Shown in pieces: positions 27,370-42,564 of a DNA stretch of 64,000 bases. Position 1 is the first letter of the stretch; each line of letters opens with the position of its first letter. The position numbers and the translations under genes are program-made. The stretch is from NCBI GenBank assembly GCA_951406725.2, contig OX597819.1, positions 69,502,001 to 69,566,000 of the forward strand, written 5' to 3'. Source of the stretch: Octopus vulgaris (lineage: Eukaryota). The notes under the pieces were generated by a model. That model was given only the letters and a program-made list of their open reading frames with translations. It did no database searches and had not been told where the DNA came from.

Positions 27370-27620
27370 ATTAGTCGAAGAAGTCGACCACAGGACTAAT
27401 CGGTCCTACTACTTATTCTATCGGTTCCTTTGACGAATCGCTAAGTTGCAGGGACATAAACACACCAACACAGACTGTCAAATGATGGTGGGGGAGACAA
27501 ACACACACTCATATATATATGTATATTCATATATATGACGGGTTTCTTTCAGTATCCGTCTACCAAATTCGCTCACAAGGCTTTGATCGGCGCGAGGCTA
27601 TAGTAGAAGATACTTGCCCT
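27370..27620 (-). mobile_element. SINE family B, partial
   Basis: CTTTCAGT.TCCGTCTACCAAAT.C.CTCACAAGGCTTTG. Confidence 0.75.
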
Positions 27621-28779
27621 TGGTGTGTGTATATATGTATAGATGTATGCATGTTTGTGTGTGTGTGTGTGTGTGTGTGCGTGTGTGTGTATGTGTGTAC
27701 GTATAATATTGGCTTTAAGTGGAAAAATATTTATACAGATGAGGTTTATATAGATAAGCTTGTTATCTACTGACATGCAAGAGTGTTTCTTACAAATGTG
27801 AATAGAATTAGTAAGGAATATATACACGTCTATATACGATATTAAATATACTTACATACATACATGCATATGATTATATACATATACTTCTAAATATATT
27901 TTTGCGCGTACGCCTTTTGTGTACGTATGTGCGTGTGTGTGTGTGCGCGCGTGTATGTGTGTATGCTTGTGAATATAGTGTGTGTATATAACGACCAATT
28001 CCTTTTAATTATTTCTAATTCAGATATGAGATAACGTTTGACTAGACGTCATATCAACTAACTTTTGAAAGGTAATACAAGATAAACTGCGAAGAGTGTT
28101 TGTATTGTCTATTTTTCTTTACTTCTCTGCTCTCTCTCTCTTTTACTTTGCGTGTTCTTTTTTATTTTTAATTTTTAATTTTATTCTTTTTTTTTTTGTT
28201 CTTTGGTAGACAGTGATCAGAATCTAAATTAGATTTAAGAGACAAAAACCATAGAAATTGAAAAGAGGCCATGTATATTGTAAATGGTATAGACATTACA
28301 GCATTATAATAAACCATTTTACAAGTTTTCCTAAGATATTCAGTCGTAAAATGTTTACGTTGAAAAAGCATTTCGTTTAATTATTTACGTCGAGTTAGAG
28401 ATGAAACACTGATAGATCTTGTTGACTTGCTACACGGATTGGCGGCTGCAAACGATTTTTGCTATAATTCTATTACTACAGATGTTTGTTGGGAGCATAT
28501 GTTAATAGAATGATTTGGAGAGTGTTTTTTTTCCTTGATTTTGTTGAGTTCATTTTTCTCGTAGTTTAGTCGTGCAACAAAACGGCAGCAATTGGCATAT
28601 TTTCAGGCCTTCCCTATCTAGTAGGACTAACGCGGTTAATACCCGGTGTGAACATCTATTTACTACATTTTTTATAAACCAAAGAGACATGGCGGCGGGG
28701 ACAAGGAATCCGCTACAAATGTCTATAATGAAGTCAACTCCAGCAAAAGGCCCCCAAAAGACCAGATGATGTTAAACTG

Positions 28780-29029
28780 AACAAAATATTGAGCCTAAAA
28801 TTAAAAGTTTTAGGCTTTTTAAATTTAAAAGCCTGAAACTACATCTTACTTTACTTTTAACTTTAATTATAGGTATAACCGCAGATGCTGGCACGAATTT
28901 ATCCAATTATAACTTATAATTTCTATATAAAACTCTCATTCATTGTACAAATGAATATACTGAAAAATTAATTGCCCTATTAAAAATCAGTTAATAATAA
29001 ATCGCTAAAGATTTTTATATTTTTAAATA
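28780..29029 (-). rRNA. Mitochondrial 12S rRNA-like fragment (putative NUMT; left boundary uncertain)
   Basis: Reverse complement of 28873-28894 = GTGCCAGCATCTGCGGTTATAC, the SSU 530-loop motif in invertebrate mitochondrial form, within very AT-rich sequence. Confidence 0.65.
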
Positions 29030-29129
29030 NNNNNNNNNNNNNNNNNNNNNNNNNNNNNNNNNNNNNNNNNNNNNNNNNNNNNNNNNNNNNNNNNNNNNNN
29101 NNNNNNNNNNNNNNNNNNNNNNNNNNNNN
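29030..29129. other. Assembly gap (100 N)
   Basis: Run of N. Confidence 1.
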
Positions 29130-29905
29130 TCGATCTAAATTAAAAATTCCCTTTTATCCTCATATCCTATCTCACAATAATATCGCATATCACGTCTTTC
29201 CGATATCCAAATTTCAGTTACTGCTTTATTTTCGACCTCTTTTATTTTATTACATTATTCTTTTTTTTTTGAACCACCATTTATCTCATTTTACCATCTG
29301 CGTCTCAACATTTTTAAAACTTTATCTCAAGCTCTATCCCTCTCAGTTTTATTTTCTTTTATTCTGCCATATTTTCTTTTTTTAAAACTAGTTTTATATG
29401 GGAAGAATTTGTTATTTTCCTTCTACCCTTTCAATATTAAATCTTTTTATTATTATTTTTCCTTCCCTAACAAATTGTTCTCTGTGTGATCTTTTGCATC
29501 ATGGCCGCCAAACAATTAATTTAGTTTTATTATAGTTATGATCTGCTTACTAAATTTTAACAGCATCCAATGAACCTATAAACTATTCAGCTATTATCTC
29601 TGTTGCCTTAAATTTTTTAAATGTTATTACTAAATTAAATAGAAGATAAAATTGATAAAAAAAAACAAAAACAAAAGAAAACAGAATATAAACCACGAGA
29701 AAAAATTAGACATAAAAAAGAAGAACCAAAAATAACAATTTCAAATTTTTAATATAAATGGTTGAATTTTGTCATAAATGCAGACGGAATCGTCTGCCTG
29801 TTTCCGCTGAAGGAAAATTGCGACAATAAAACGCAAACGATTGGACTAATTGAAAAAGGAATTTAAATTCTGCTGTTATTATTATTTTTCTCATTCTCAT
29901 TATTA

Positions 29906-29960
<55 letters not shown>

Positions 29961-30223
29961 TTTTGTTCTTTTAAAGATTCTTTAAATTAACATATTGTAA
30001 TAGAAAGGTTGAAATGTTAACGTGGCTGCGAACGGATTATATTTTTCTTCTTGTTTTCTTGATATTTTATTATATTTTATTTAATTATTTTTTTTCTCTT
30101 CAAAATTAAGTTAATACAATAAGAATGAATATAAAAATATAAAACATTAAAATCGCACCTTCGTAATGTCAAAACAGGCAATATCAATATGTGACAGTGC
30201 AGCAAAATCACAGCAGCAATAGC

Positions 30224-30299
<76 letters not shown>

Positions 30300-30814
30300 C
30301 TCAGGCTGTTTTATCATTGTTGAATCATTGACTTACTCTTCTCGATCACAGAATTAGCTGTTGTGCTGTAGCAGACGATCATAATAGTTAGTTAGTGATG
30401 GTAGCAGAAATGGTTTCTTCATTTAGGAAGTGAAACAGTGGGACATAATTTCTAAAATGTCTAACCTGTATCAAGCCTAAAATCTATATTGATTTTTCAC
30501 AACGGTGTAATATGTCGGCAATAAAATGGGCGTCACGTCGTTTCAATTAGTTTCAATATGTCTAACTGGTTGACATAATGAAGATGTCTTTCCAGAGATG
30601 TGGACCAAGCTGGAACTGGCAGCCAGATCTCTACCTTATTTCACTGCTACAGTCTGAGACAACCGAAGAGCTTGGAAGATATGGTAATCTCAGATCACTT
30701 TAGTAGTTCTGCTGGATTGCGGTTTAACCGGAGCTAAGCATGTAAATGACGAAACGTTTTTGCAAGTCATATAGACACATAGAGATGTTCTCCCGGTTTA
30801 TGCGGCGCATATAT

Positions 30815-30995
30815 TCTTTCCTGGACGGGGCTCCGGTTTGTTGCAAGGGTGCTCATTTTCGCCTGGTAAGTGGACTGGACCGATGTGAAATGAAGTGTTT
30901 TGCATAAAAATACAATGCATTGCGCTGTCCAGGAATCGAAACCACAATCTTGCGACTATGCGTCCAACACTCTAATCACAAAGCCATGCATCTCA
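30815..30995 (-). mobile_element. SINE family C, diverged
   Basis: GTGGACTGGA..TGTGAAATGAAGTGTTTTGC..CCAGGAATCGAAACCAC. Confidence 0.65.
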
Positions 30996-31249
30996 AACAA
31001 AGCGTAAATAGCAGAACTGATACCCAAGAAAGAATAAAAAGAAAAGAATAGAATCCTGCTCCTGAATATATTTAATAAGAGCAAAGTATATCGAGAATAA
31101 ATGTCGATTTGTATCTCACCTGCCATAATATAAAGCGTTTTCTTTCAACTCTTTCTCTCTCTCTCTTCTTCACTATACATACATACACACATACATACAT
31201 ACACACACACATACACACACACACACACATACACACATATATATATATA

Positions 31250-31369
31250 TAGTTGGATTCCCCAAAAAACAAAAGACGAAGACGGGTGTGTAAACAACAA
31301 ACAGATGTATTAGTTTAACGCTCGGGAAGTGAGAAAGTCTTTTACGTTTCAACCCTACGCTCTTCAGCA
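31250..31369 (-). mobile_element. Penelope terminal-region fragment related to 21980-22107, HHR motif truncated
   Basis: Reverse complement TGCTGAAGAGCGTAGGGTTGAAACGTAAAAGACT followed by the same tail. Confidence 0.7.
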
Positions 31370-31397
31370 TATATATATATATATATATATACACCCA

Positions 31398-31430
<33 letters not shown>

Positions 31431-31436
<6 letters not shown>

Positions 31437-31585
31437 GTGCGGTGAATAAACACCTAAACACTCCGAAATGTTCGTATTGCAGCTTCCGGAACGAATGCCA
31501 AGCAGTACAGAATGCCGTTTCCAAATTTCTGGCAGAGTGAATTGCATCATGGTACTGTTTCTCTCACAGATAGTGCCCAACTGGT
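31431..31585 (-). mobile_element. Tc1/mariner-superfamily remnant (N-terminal HTH-like peptide next to TA+CAGAGTG terminus)
   Basis: MMQFTLPEIWKRHSVLLGIRSGSCNTNISECLGV resembles a Tc1-type HTH start; TACAGAGTG end. Confidence 0.45.
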
Positions 31586-31700
31586 CCTACCATATTGTGT
31601 AGTCGGCAAAAGCAAAAACAAGCAATACACATGTACGAAATTAAAGATATGAAATAACTGGCGACAATTTACCCATCGTACCCTGAACAGAGACACACAC

Positions 31701-31762
<62 letters not shown>

Positions 31763-32547
31763 TAAACTGGCTTAGTCATCTATTATTTGTCGCTATCGGA
31801 TAATGGTCATTTGATTGTAGATGTCATATGGTCCCTGGCTCGGGTAAAAAAAAAAGGAAGAGTGATCTGTCGAGGGAACAGCATCTCATGAGAAGAAAAC
31901 AAAACTAGTCTACTATGGAAACCATCCAGAAAAACCAAATAAAACTCCCACGGGTGACGAGGGTGGAAGCAGAAGTGTTGAATACATGAAAACCTACGTG
32001 AAGTTATTACGTTGAACAATGAGATATTAATGGTCTAAATCTTACCATTAAACTCTCTTGATTAAATATCATGATTAAGCTAACACTATTAAACGTTCAG
32101 ACATTTTAACAAAGAGGCGAGATAAACGGGTAAGTTAGAGAAAGAAATAGATTTGTATGGAGTCCTCTATACTGAGCATGAGTGAACTTAAGAGGCAGGA
32201 ATGGTACAGGACTTCTAATAAGATTCATGGAAGAAACTTGTAACAAGATTCCCTGTAACAAGATTCATGCAAGCAGTGTCAATAAGCAACTAAGACTTGA
32301 AATGTCGACACATACACACACCCACAAACACACACACACCCAAAAACACACACACATACTCACTCACACGCATATGCATTAAATACCTATCACTGTCTTG
32401 GTCTTCAGCTATCTCTTTATTATATAGGCGGGGGAGGACGGGGAGAAGGAGGGAGATGGAAGAGAGAAGTGAAGAGGGACGAGATGGGGAGGATGTTGAT
32501 GAATATGGTGACAATCTTGAAAACGGTAATAATAAAACAACAGCAAC

Positions 32548-32582
<35 letters not shown>

Positions 32583-32590
32583 CAATTGTA

Positions 32591-32702
<112 letters not shown>

Positions 32703-33219
32703 TTGAAGCAAAGACAGGAAACAAAATCTTGTATGAATTGCTCGATGCATCGAATTCATGATTTTGCAGATGAATCGCTATTCTTTGTTTCTTCACAATT
32801 CCTATATAAGCATTAACGCAGACGCACACACACACATACACACACATACACACACACACACACATACCTGCATATAATTATGTATCTATGTATATCTATA
32901 TATAAGACAATAGGTTTGTTTATGTTAGTGTGTGTGTATATATATATGTATGTATTTATATATGTATGTATGTACATGTGTGTATCGGTATATTCACACT
33001 CACACACACCGGCGCGATCATTCATATTTAATAATTAATCATCTTTTAGGTCATCTAATTACGAGTCTCTTCTCTATAAACTAATGTATGATTAGGTTTT
33101 TTTTTTCGTTTTTTTTTTGTAAGATTCTTTCGTCCTTTTATTCTCTTCTAATCGAGCTCGCCAATTGTCAACAACGTTATTGAAAACATGTAACGAAGTC
33201 GGACTTGATACTGAAAGAG

Positions 33220-33853
33220 ATTGTGTGAGTAAAAGTTACGAGACCAGCTGCACCGATGATACAAAATTATAGCACGGAAAAAAGAACCCTGACGACGTCG
33301 CAAGGCTGACAGCGGAACCCGAATGCAATATCCAAGAGGGCCAGATAAAACAATACGCAGTTTAATGCTGAAAAAATTCAGGCACTGCTCTATCGGCTCA
33401 CAAATGCATGACAGCCCGTATATAAAACGACCGAGGGCACAGCTATCTCAAAAGTTACAGATTGTAAGAGACTGGAGAATCAGTTTGTGTAATGATGCAG
33501 TCCTGAGCACAATTCAAAGATGGTAACAAAGTCTAAAAAATAGGCAAGATTCATATGATGGTGCTTCAGGACAAGAGACCATAGTGTTATGTTAATCTCG
33601 TGGAAGATCTTTCTTTTCTCAGCCGGCTGGACTACTGATCTTGACTGTGATCACTGCACAGTGTCAACCTGACAGTAGAGCTTGAAGTGATCCGAGAATA
33701 CAGCAGCAAATAAACTGCCACAGTGCAGCAGATGAACTTCTGGAAGAAGCTGAAAGACTATGACTTTAATTCTTTGAGCCAAGATGTGACAGATATGCGA
33801 CAAATAGGCAATAATTTACATGTTGAAAATTCTGGAATGGCCAGCACCTAAAT
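33220..33853 (+). mobile_element. Degenerate CR1-like LINE RT C-terminal fragment
   Basis: Frame-broken motifs TDDTK, QFNAEK, SRLDY, QQMNFWKKLK, KILE in the expected order. Confidence 0.7.
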
Positions 33854-33888
33854 ATGTGTATGTATATATATATATGTGTGTGTGTGTG

Positions 33889-34021
<133 letters not shown>

Positions 34022-34035
34022 CATGTGTGTGTGTG

Positions 34036-34270
34036 TGTGTACATGTAATATGAGACAATTATTCGGTAGCCATGATAAAACTCCGAGTTTTGGATGCCGA
34101 GGTGGAAATCCACGCCGCCATCTCTTCAGTTATCCGACCGTCGGAGTAAATGCATTTTTTCCGATGGCCGGATAACTGAAGAGATTGCGGCGTGGATTTC
34201 CACCTCGGCATCCAAAACTCGGAGTTTTGATCATGGCTACCGAATAATTGCCACATATTACATTTACACA
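34036..34270. repeat. ~235-bp fold-back palindrome, each arm carrying an HHR-like motif
   Basis: 34036-34145 is the near-exact reverse complement of 34160-34270; GGATAA-CTGAAGA-GAT..CATC-CAAAA-CTCGGAG-TT-TT(G)ATC. Confidence 0.85.
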
Positions 34271-34334
34271 TAAATTCCTCAATTTACATAATATGGAGGT
34301 CTCTTTCATTATTTTGTTGTCTTACCATTTTGAT

Positions 34335-34382
<48 letters not shown>

Positions 34383-34870
34383 AAATAAGCAAGAGGATGT
34401 CAATAGGGGATACGACCGTTTCAAGTGACTCCATTTAATTGAACAATGCAATTATTACATCAATTTAAATACAGGTCTATCCCCAGCTGCATAAATAAAT
34501 AGAATTTTAAAATCAGTTGGAAACAATATAATTTTAATTAAATTCTCTAACAGATCGAGAAAAAGGAAAAAGTCCATGTTGCTACTAATGTAGCTGAATA
34601 TATCTGTGCGTGCGTGTGTGTAACTACGTGTTTGTGTCTCTGACTCTCCCTAAATAATTATATATAAATATATATATATATATATTGTCGTTGATTTCTC
34701 GCAATGAGGAGTAGGTAGACAGCCGACAACAGACGAATGGTCCTTTCTCTGTATCATCTCGTCCTGTTTTCCATTTTGTTGGCTACGTATTTCTCTCGTT
34801 TTTCCCTCGTTTGTTTAAGTATTTCATGTCATTTGTACCGTTGGTGACGTCTTGTATCCATATATGCATG

Positions 34871-35440
<570 letters not shown>

Positions 35441-36134
35441 GAAAATCTGCTTCACAATGACATTGCCAATCCGAAGTGTGCAGTTAAAAAATAGAAAAAA
35501 GAAGCACTACCAGAATACCGCTCTAAGAGATCGAACCAGTAACCAAACGATAACAAAACCTAACGACCTACCTTTTAACCACACAGCCATATACACATAT
35601 TAATGCAGAGATACATGCGTTGCTTAAATCATAACCCGAAGACCACTCCCAAGCTACTAATAAGTTGAAGTTTCGAGTAAATTACGTTGAATTACTCCGC
35701 AAGACGTAATAATTCACTCTACAAAATTACTGTTGTGTCCTCTTCTCCATTTTCTAAGCTATATGAAGCAACAACCACATTTTATATATTAAATATTTAT
35801 AGAAAGAGAGCCAAATTACAGCTCTTCTGGTGGACTTCTCATTTTCGTCTGAAGACTTTACATTATTCTTTTAGATTTAATTCTCTGTTATTTCTTCAAT
35901 TTCATTTCATTTTGTCTGCAAGAAAAATAAAAATATAAATATTGATTTTTGTTTTCTATATTTATTCGCGGAATCATGTATGCTTTATGTCTTTAAACTC
36001 ACTGAATTAATTTCTTTATTACCTTTGACTATTCGTCCCAGACACTCTGTTAATTCCACTTAGTGTGTCTGTGCGACAATATTTTTCTCAAACACAAATA
36101 CGCACACATGTATACAGGGAAATATCTATATGTA

Positions 36135-36254
<120 letters not shown>

Positions 36255-36271
36255 TTAGAGAATTATTATTG

Positions 36272-36335
<64 letters not shown>

Positions 36336-36343
36336 TATATGTA

Positions 36344-36618
36344 TTGTGCTTCGGAAATAGAGACCGATAAAAAAATGTACTAGGCTTACAAAGAATAAGT
36401 CCTGGAGTAGATTTGTTCGACTAAAGGCGATGTTCCAGCATGGCCGCAGTCAAATGACTGAAACAAGTAGAAGAATATATATATATATGTGTATGTATAT
36501 ATATATATATATATATACGCATGTACATATTTATATATATATACATGTACACACACATATATATATACACATGTACATATTTATATATATATTCATATGT
36601 ATATAAATATGTACATGC

Positions 36619-36665
<47 letters not shown>

Positions 36666-36803
36666 TATATATTCTTCTACTTGTTTCAGTCATTTGACTG
36701 CGGCCATGCTGGAACATCGCCTTTAGTCGAACAAATCTACTCCAGGACTTATTCTTTGTAAGCCTAGTACATTTTTTTATCGGTCTCTATTTCCGAAGCA
36801 CAA
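36344..36803. repeat. ~460-bp palindrome from inverted duplication of a SINE B tail and its flank
   Basis: Arms share private variants (GGCGATGTTCC, GGAGTAGATTT, A7 run). Confidence 0.9.
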
Positions 36804-37075
36804 AGTTAAGGGGACGTAAACACACCAACGTCGGTTGTCAAGTGATGGTAGGGGGACAAGCACAGGCACACAGACACATAAATACATACATACATTCATA
36901 CATATACATATTTATACGACATACTTCTTTCAGTTTCCGTCTACCATATCCACTCACAAGGCTTTGGACAGTGAAGTTATAGAAGGAGGCACCTGTCCAA
37001 AGTGCCATGCAGTGGGACTGAACTTGGAACCAAGTGGTTGGGAAGCAAGCTTCTTACTACACAGTCACGCCTGAG
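36670..37075 (-). mobile_element. SINE family B, full length
   Basis: Reverse complement head and tail. Confidence 0.88.
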
Positions 37076-37126
<51 letters not shown>

Positions 37127-37249
37127 TGTGCCTGTAATTTTATCTATTCATCAGAAGAATGTAACTAAATACCATGGACACTTTTGATACACCTACAAAC
37201 ACTGACAAACAAAAACACATACGCGCTTACGAGTCACATGGTTCCGAAC

Positions 37250-37635
37250 CATGTGCTTACGAGCCACATGGTTCGGGGTTCAGTCCCACTGCGTGGCACC
37301 TTCCGCAAGTGTCTTCTACTATAACCTTAGGCCCACCAAAGCCCATCGAGTGGATTTGGTAAATGGAAACTGAAAGAAGCCCGTCTTATATATGCATATA
37401 TATATATGTATGTGTTTGCATATGTTTGTGTGTCTGTGTTTGTCCCACCCCCTACATTGCTTGACAATCGATGCTGGTGTGTTTACGTCCCCGTAACTTA
37501 GCGGTTCGGCAAAAGAACCGATAGAGTAAGTACTAGGCTTCCCAAGAATAAGACCTGGAGTCGATTTGCTCGTCTTAATGCGGTGTTCCGGTATGGCCGC
37601 AGTCAAATGACTGAAACAAGTAAAAGAATGAAAGA
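37250..37635 (+). mobile_element. SINE family B
   Basis: CCACATGGTTCGGGGTTCAGTCCCACTGCGTGGCACC..GTCAAATGACTGAAACAAG. Confidence 0.88.
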
Positions 37636-37816
37636 GTAATATATATATAGGCAAGCGCTAATATATGATTTATAAAAACATGTGACATATTAATAAAAAT
37701 CTGTAAATATAAAACCAGCCAGTTTTCTGAGTATCTTATTTCTTCTAATATATAATACATGTACATCATATCCAAACCTTCACGTGATATATATATATAT
37801 ATATATATACATATAT

Positions 37817-38229
<413 letters not shown>

Positions 38230-38539
38230 AGGCGCAATGGCCTGTGTACATATGTATTTTTTAGTGTACCTGTATTTTTATCTATTAATTTGAAGAATGT
38301 AACTAAATGCCATGGGCACTTTTGATGCACTCACAAACACTGTCAGTCACAAACACACACACACACATACACGCACATATATAAATATACATGCATATAT
38401 ATATAGAGATATAGATATAGGTATATAGATATATACATACATATTCCCACATATATAAAACATATATATATATATATATATATATACCCGTATACATATG
38501 CATACACACGTATATCTATCTATCTGTATATATATATAT

Positions 38540-38620
<81 letters not shown>

Positions 38621-38665
38621 TAGATACAGGTAGATAGATATATACACACATATTCCCACATATAT

Positions 38666-38733
<68 letters not shown>

Positions 38734-39450
38734 CATACATACATATATATTTACATACTCTCACATATATACGTGTATATATTTGCGCATATGTATCAAT
38801 AGAAAGGGATATATCATGTTAGATACGGAATTAGGTAAGCCGCGCCTAAGGTTCCCGTTTGGAAGTGATACCTTGTCACATTTGGTGAGTTAAAAGAAAC
38901 GCAAAGAAACTAAACCAGACGGCTTGTAACCTCTTCGAGCGTCACGTGATAGCAGCACAAGGTTCATTATAGGAGGCTTTCTCACGTGCGATAAATTTAG
39001 GAGACATCCTGCCTCACGTGATAGTTAATTAACAGTGAAAATTTTCCCAAATTAAAATATTTCATCCTTTTTTGTCAATAAGGCAATTGTACCAAAGAAA
39101 ACCAATATATATTACAAACTAAACTCCGTCCATGTTTTTGATTACCACCTTCACAAGGCAAGGCGACTCCTTCACGATATTATGGCTCGTAGAAGACGAG
39201 TTCAGTCTAATCCATATATATCTGTTTATGTTTGTCGGTAGTGGAATTGCAATTTCACTATTCTTTAAATAAAGAAATGTCTTTATTTCTCTTCCCATCA
39301 TCTTTCTTTGTGTCTCTCCACTATCAGTCGCTTCCCCAATCGTGTCTCCCAAAGTGTGAGTTGAGGTGATTTAGACAAGAGGTGTAACCATTGTGTCTCG
39401 TACAACAAATTATTTGTCACACGATGGAAAAACTGTACTTTGCATTACCT

Positions 39451-39549
<99 letters not shown>

Positions 39550-39687
39550 ATCTCTCACTCTCTCCCTCCCTTCCTCTTTATCTATCTTTCCCTCTCCCCC
39601 TTTCTTTCTCTTGTTATATATATATATATATATATACATCACAAATATATATACATATATGTATATGGATATGTAGATATATATTAC

Positions 39688-39730
<43 letters not shown>

Positions 39731-39863
39731 CTATATATATTTAGATATAGATATATACATACACATACATATATATATTTATATGTATATATATATATAT
39801 TCATGTATGTATATATATACATACATGCATGAATATATATATACATATAAATATATATATATG

Positions 39864-39939
<76 letters not shown>

Positions 39940-40241
39940 GTTTGTGTATATATAGATATATATATAGTGAGAGAGAGAGTATATATTAATCTTCTCTTCT
40001 ATATTCAGAACTACATATTTTCTAATAATGTAATCAAAACTTACATTTACTTCTTTGTACCTCTCACTTTCTCTCTCTCTCTCTCGCTCTCTTATTCTTT
40101 GTGTGTGTCAGTGTATGCATATGTGTGTGCGTGTGTGTGTATACATATGAAGCACATTTTATTTATATACGTCTACCTTTGCGTATGGACTTGTATGTAA
40201 GTGACTGTCTATAACTCTTTGAAGTTCTGTACGTCATATAC

Positions 40242-40275
<34 letters not shown>

Positions 40276-40383
40276 GTATGTATATATGTATGTATATATG
40301 TATGTATGTATATATGTATGTATATATGTATGTATGTATGTAGGTATGTATGTATGTATGTATGTATGTATGTTTGTATGTAT

Positions 40384-40428
<45 letters not shown>

Positions 40429-40889
40429 TTATATATATATGCATATATACATACATATATACATACATATATATATACATACATATACATATCCATATAT
40501 ATATATATATATGTATGTATATATATATATATACATATGCATATATGTATGTATAATTTGCATATACTTGTGTGTATTACATGGCGTACACTGAGATGTA
40601 CATGGTTTTGCGCGTGCGCCAAATTTTGCGTATATATCTCTGTAGAAGTGTTTGCCTGTTTATTTGCGCCAGTTTAGTGTATGCGCACGCGCGTGGGTAT
40701 GTGAGTGTGTGCTTGTGTGGAGGGGTGTGTTCGTACTATTGAATATGTGGACATGCGTCTGTGTGTGTGTGTGTGTGTATTGTATGTATGTATATATGTA
40801 CGTCTGTATTTGTCTGTTTGCGGTTGTAATTAAAGGAAGAGGAGGAATTAAATAGACAGAGGAGGAAATTGACAAAATCTTTGAATTGC

Positions 40890-40987
<98 letters not shown>

Positions 40988-41706
40988 AGAGGCACAGATA
41001 AAGAGAGAGAGAGAGAGAGAGAGAAACAGAGTGACAGACAGAAAAAGCGTGAGGGCTTGAGAGATAGAGAGGGGGGAGAAACGGTCACAGAGAGAACTAT
41101 AAAGATAGACAAACGGAGAGTGAGAGGGAATACGAAAGAGACAGATAAAGTAAAAGACAGTGTGAGATTGAATGTGAAAGAGAGAAAGATAGAGAGAGAG
41201 GGGAAAAAAAAGAGAGAGAGAGAGAATGAGATGGAACGAACAACTTATAAATGGTAAGAGGAGGAATGGTAAGATGGAGCACGGAAGAACTTTTATATCT
41301 GTTACCAATTTCTTTGATGTTTTTCTATTACATTAGAAGAATTGTTCGTCTTTCGTCTTCTATTCATTTATTTTTCCTTTTTACTTTATTAACGCAGCCT
41401 CAATTCTCTGTAAATTGCATCATATTGATATTACATTCAGAATAGATGTTCTACTTACCATCCATACACTTTCCTCTTATGGGACACAGACTTGTAAATC
41501 GGACACATTCTCGCTTCAGTGTGTGTTACTGTTAGCGTAGTCAATTGCTAGTAGAATTGTTAACACAATATGAGACGTTTGGTTACCAACCGAGATGGAG
41601 GGAATACAAGATCCAATACTACTCACTTGGTTCAATAAGCAGGGTCTCACATCAGTGAAGAGGTGCGCTGAAAGACTGTCGAGAGGAATTCTCCGCAACG
41701 ATGTGT

Positions 41707-41910
41707 GGAGGCCGGCGGTTTAGTAGTTAGTGTGTTGGACTCAACTCGTAATGTTGTGGTTTCGTAAGATTGTGGGACGGGCGACGCGTTCTGTTCTTGA
41801 GCAACATGCTTCATTTCACATTGCTCAACTCCACTCAGCTAGCAAAAATGAGTAATCCTGCGACGGACTAGCGTCCCATCCAGGGGGAATATATATGCTA
41901 CGGAAACCGA
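41707..41910 (+). mobile_element. SINE family C, diverged
   Basis: TGTTCTTGAGCAA..CTCCACTCAGCTAGCAAAAATGAGT. Confidence 0.7.
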
Positions 41911-42129
41911 CAAGCATCTTCTTTGATAACTCTTCGCATCACGTAATAGTTAGCAGTGAATATTTCCACAAATTAGCAGTCGTCCCACGCCCGCTTTCAA
42001 AATACAACAGTTGTACGAACTAAAGGCAATATATATTATGAATTAGATTCAGTCCACTTTATATTACCTCCCTCACAGGGCAATGCGACTCCCTCCCGAA
42101 ATTCTGATTCGTGTAAACATTAAGACTAA

Positions 42130-42288
42130 TATATATTTACATTATTTACATTTGATGGCTATTTGTTCTCATCTTGTTTCATGTTAACGCAACGTTTCGG
42201 CTGGTATACCCTCCAGCCTTCATCGGGTGTCTTGGCGAAATTTCGGACCTGGATTCTCATTTCTAAGGTATTTTTCGATATTATCATT

Positions 42289-42333
<45 letters not shown>

Positions 42334-42564
42334 GGTGGTGGTGGTGTTATTGTTGTTGTGGTTGTTGTTGTTAAGGTCACTGCCCGGAATCGAACTCGGA
42401 ATCTTGAGAATAGTAATAATGACATTGAAAAATACTTTAGGAATGAGAATCCAGGCTCGAAATTTCTCCAAGACACATGACAAAGGCCGGAGGGTATCTC
42501 AGCCAAAACGTTGTGTCAAATGTAAATAATGTACATAATTCCTCATCTCTTAAATATAGAACTG
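42130..42564. mobile_element. Family E fold-back: minus-strand HHR arm, triplet repeat, truncated tRNA head, plus-strand HHR arm
   Basis: 42135-42278 and 42425-42535 are inverted copies; minus-strand HHR GACAC-CCGATGA-A-GGCTGG..CCAGCC-GAAA-CG-TT at 42186-42231. Confidence 0.85.

Noticed and set aside
28628-28650. CGCGGTTAATACC resembling an rRNA motif
   Set aside because: Too short, opposite strand to the 12S motif, flanks not rRNA-like
29130-29780. Non-repetitive AT-rich stretch after the gap
   Set aside because: No motif or ORF; may be low-quality contig-end consensus
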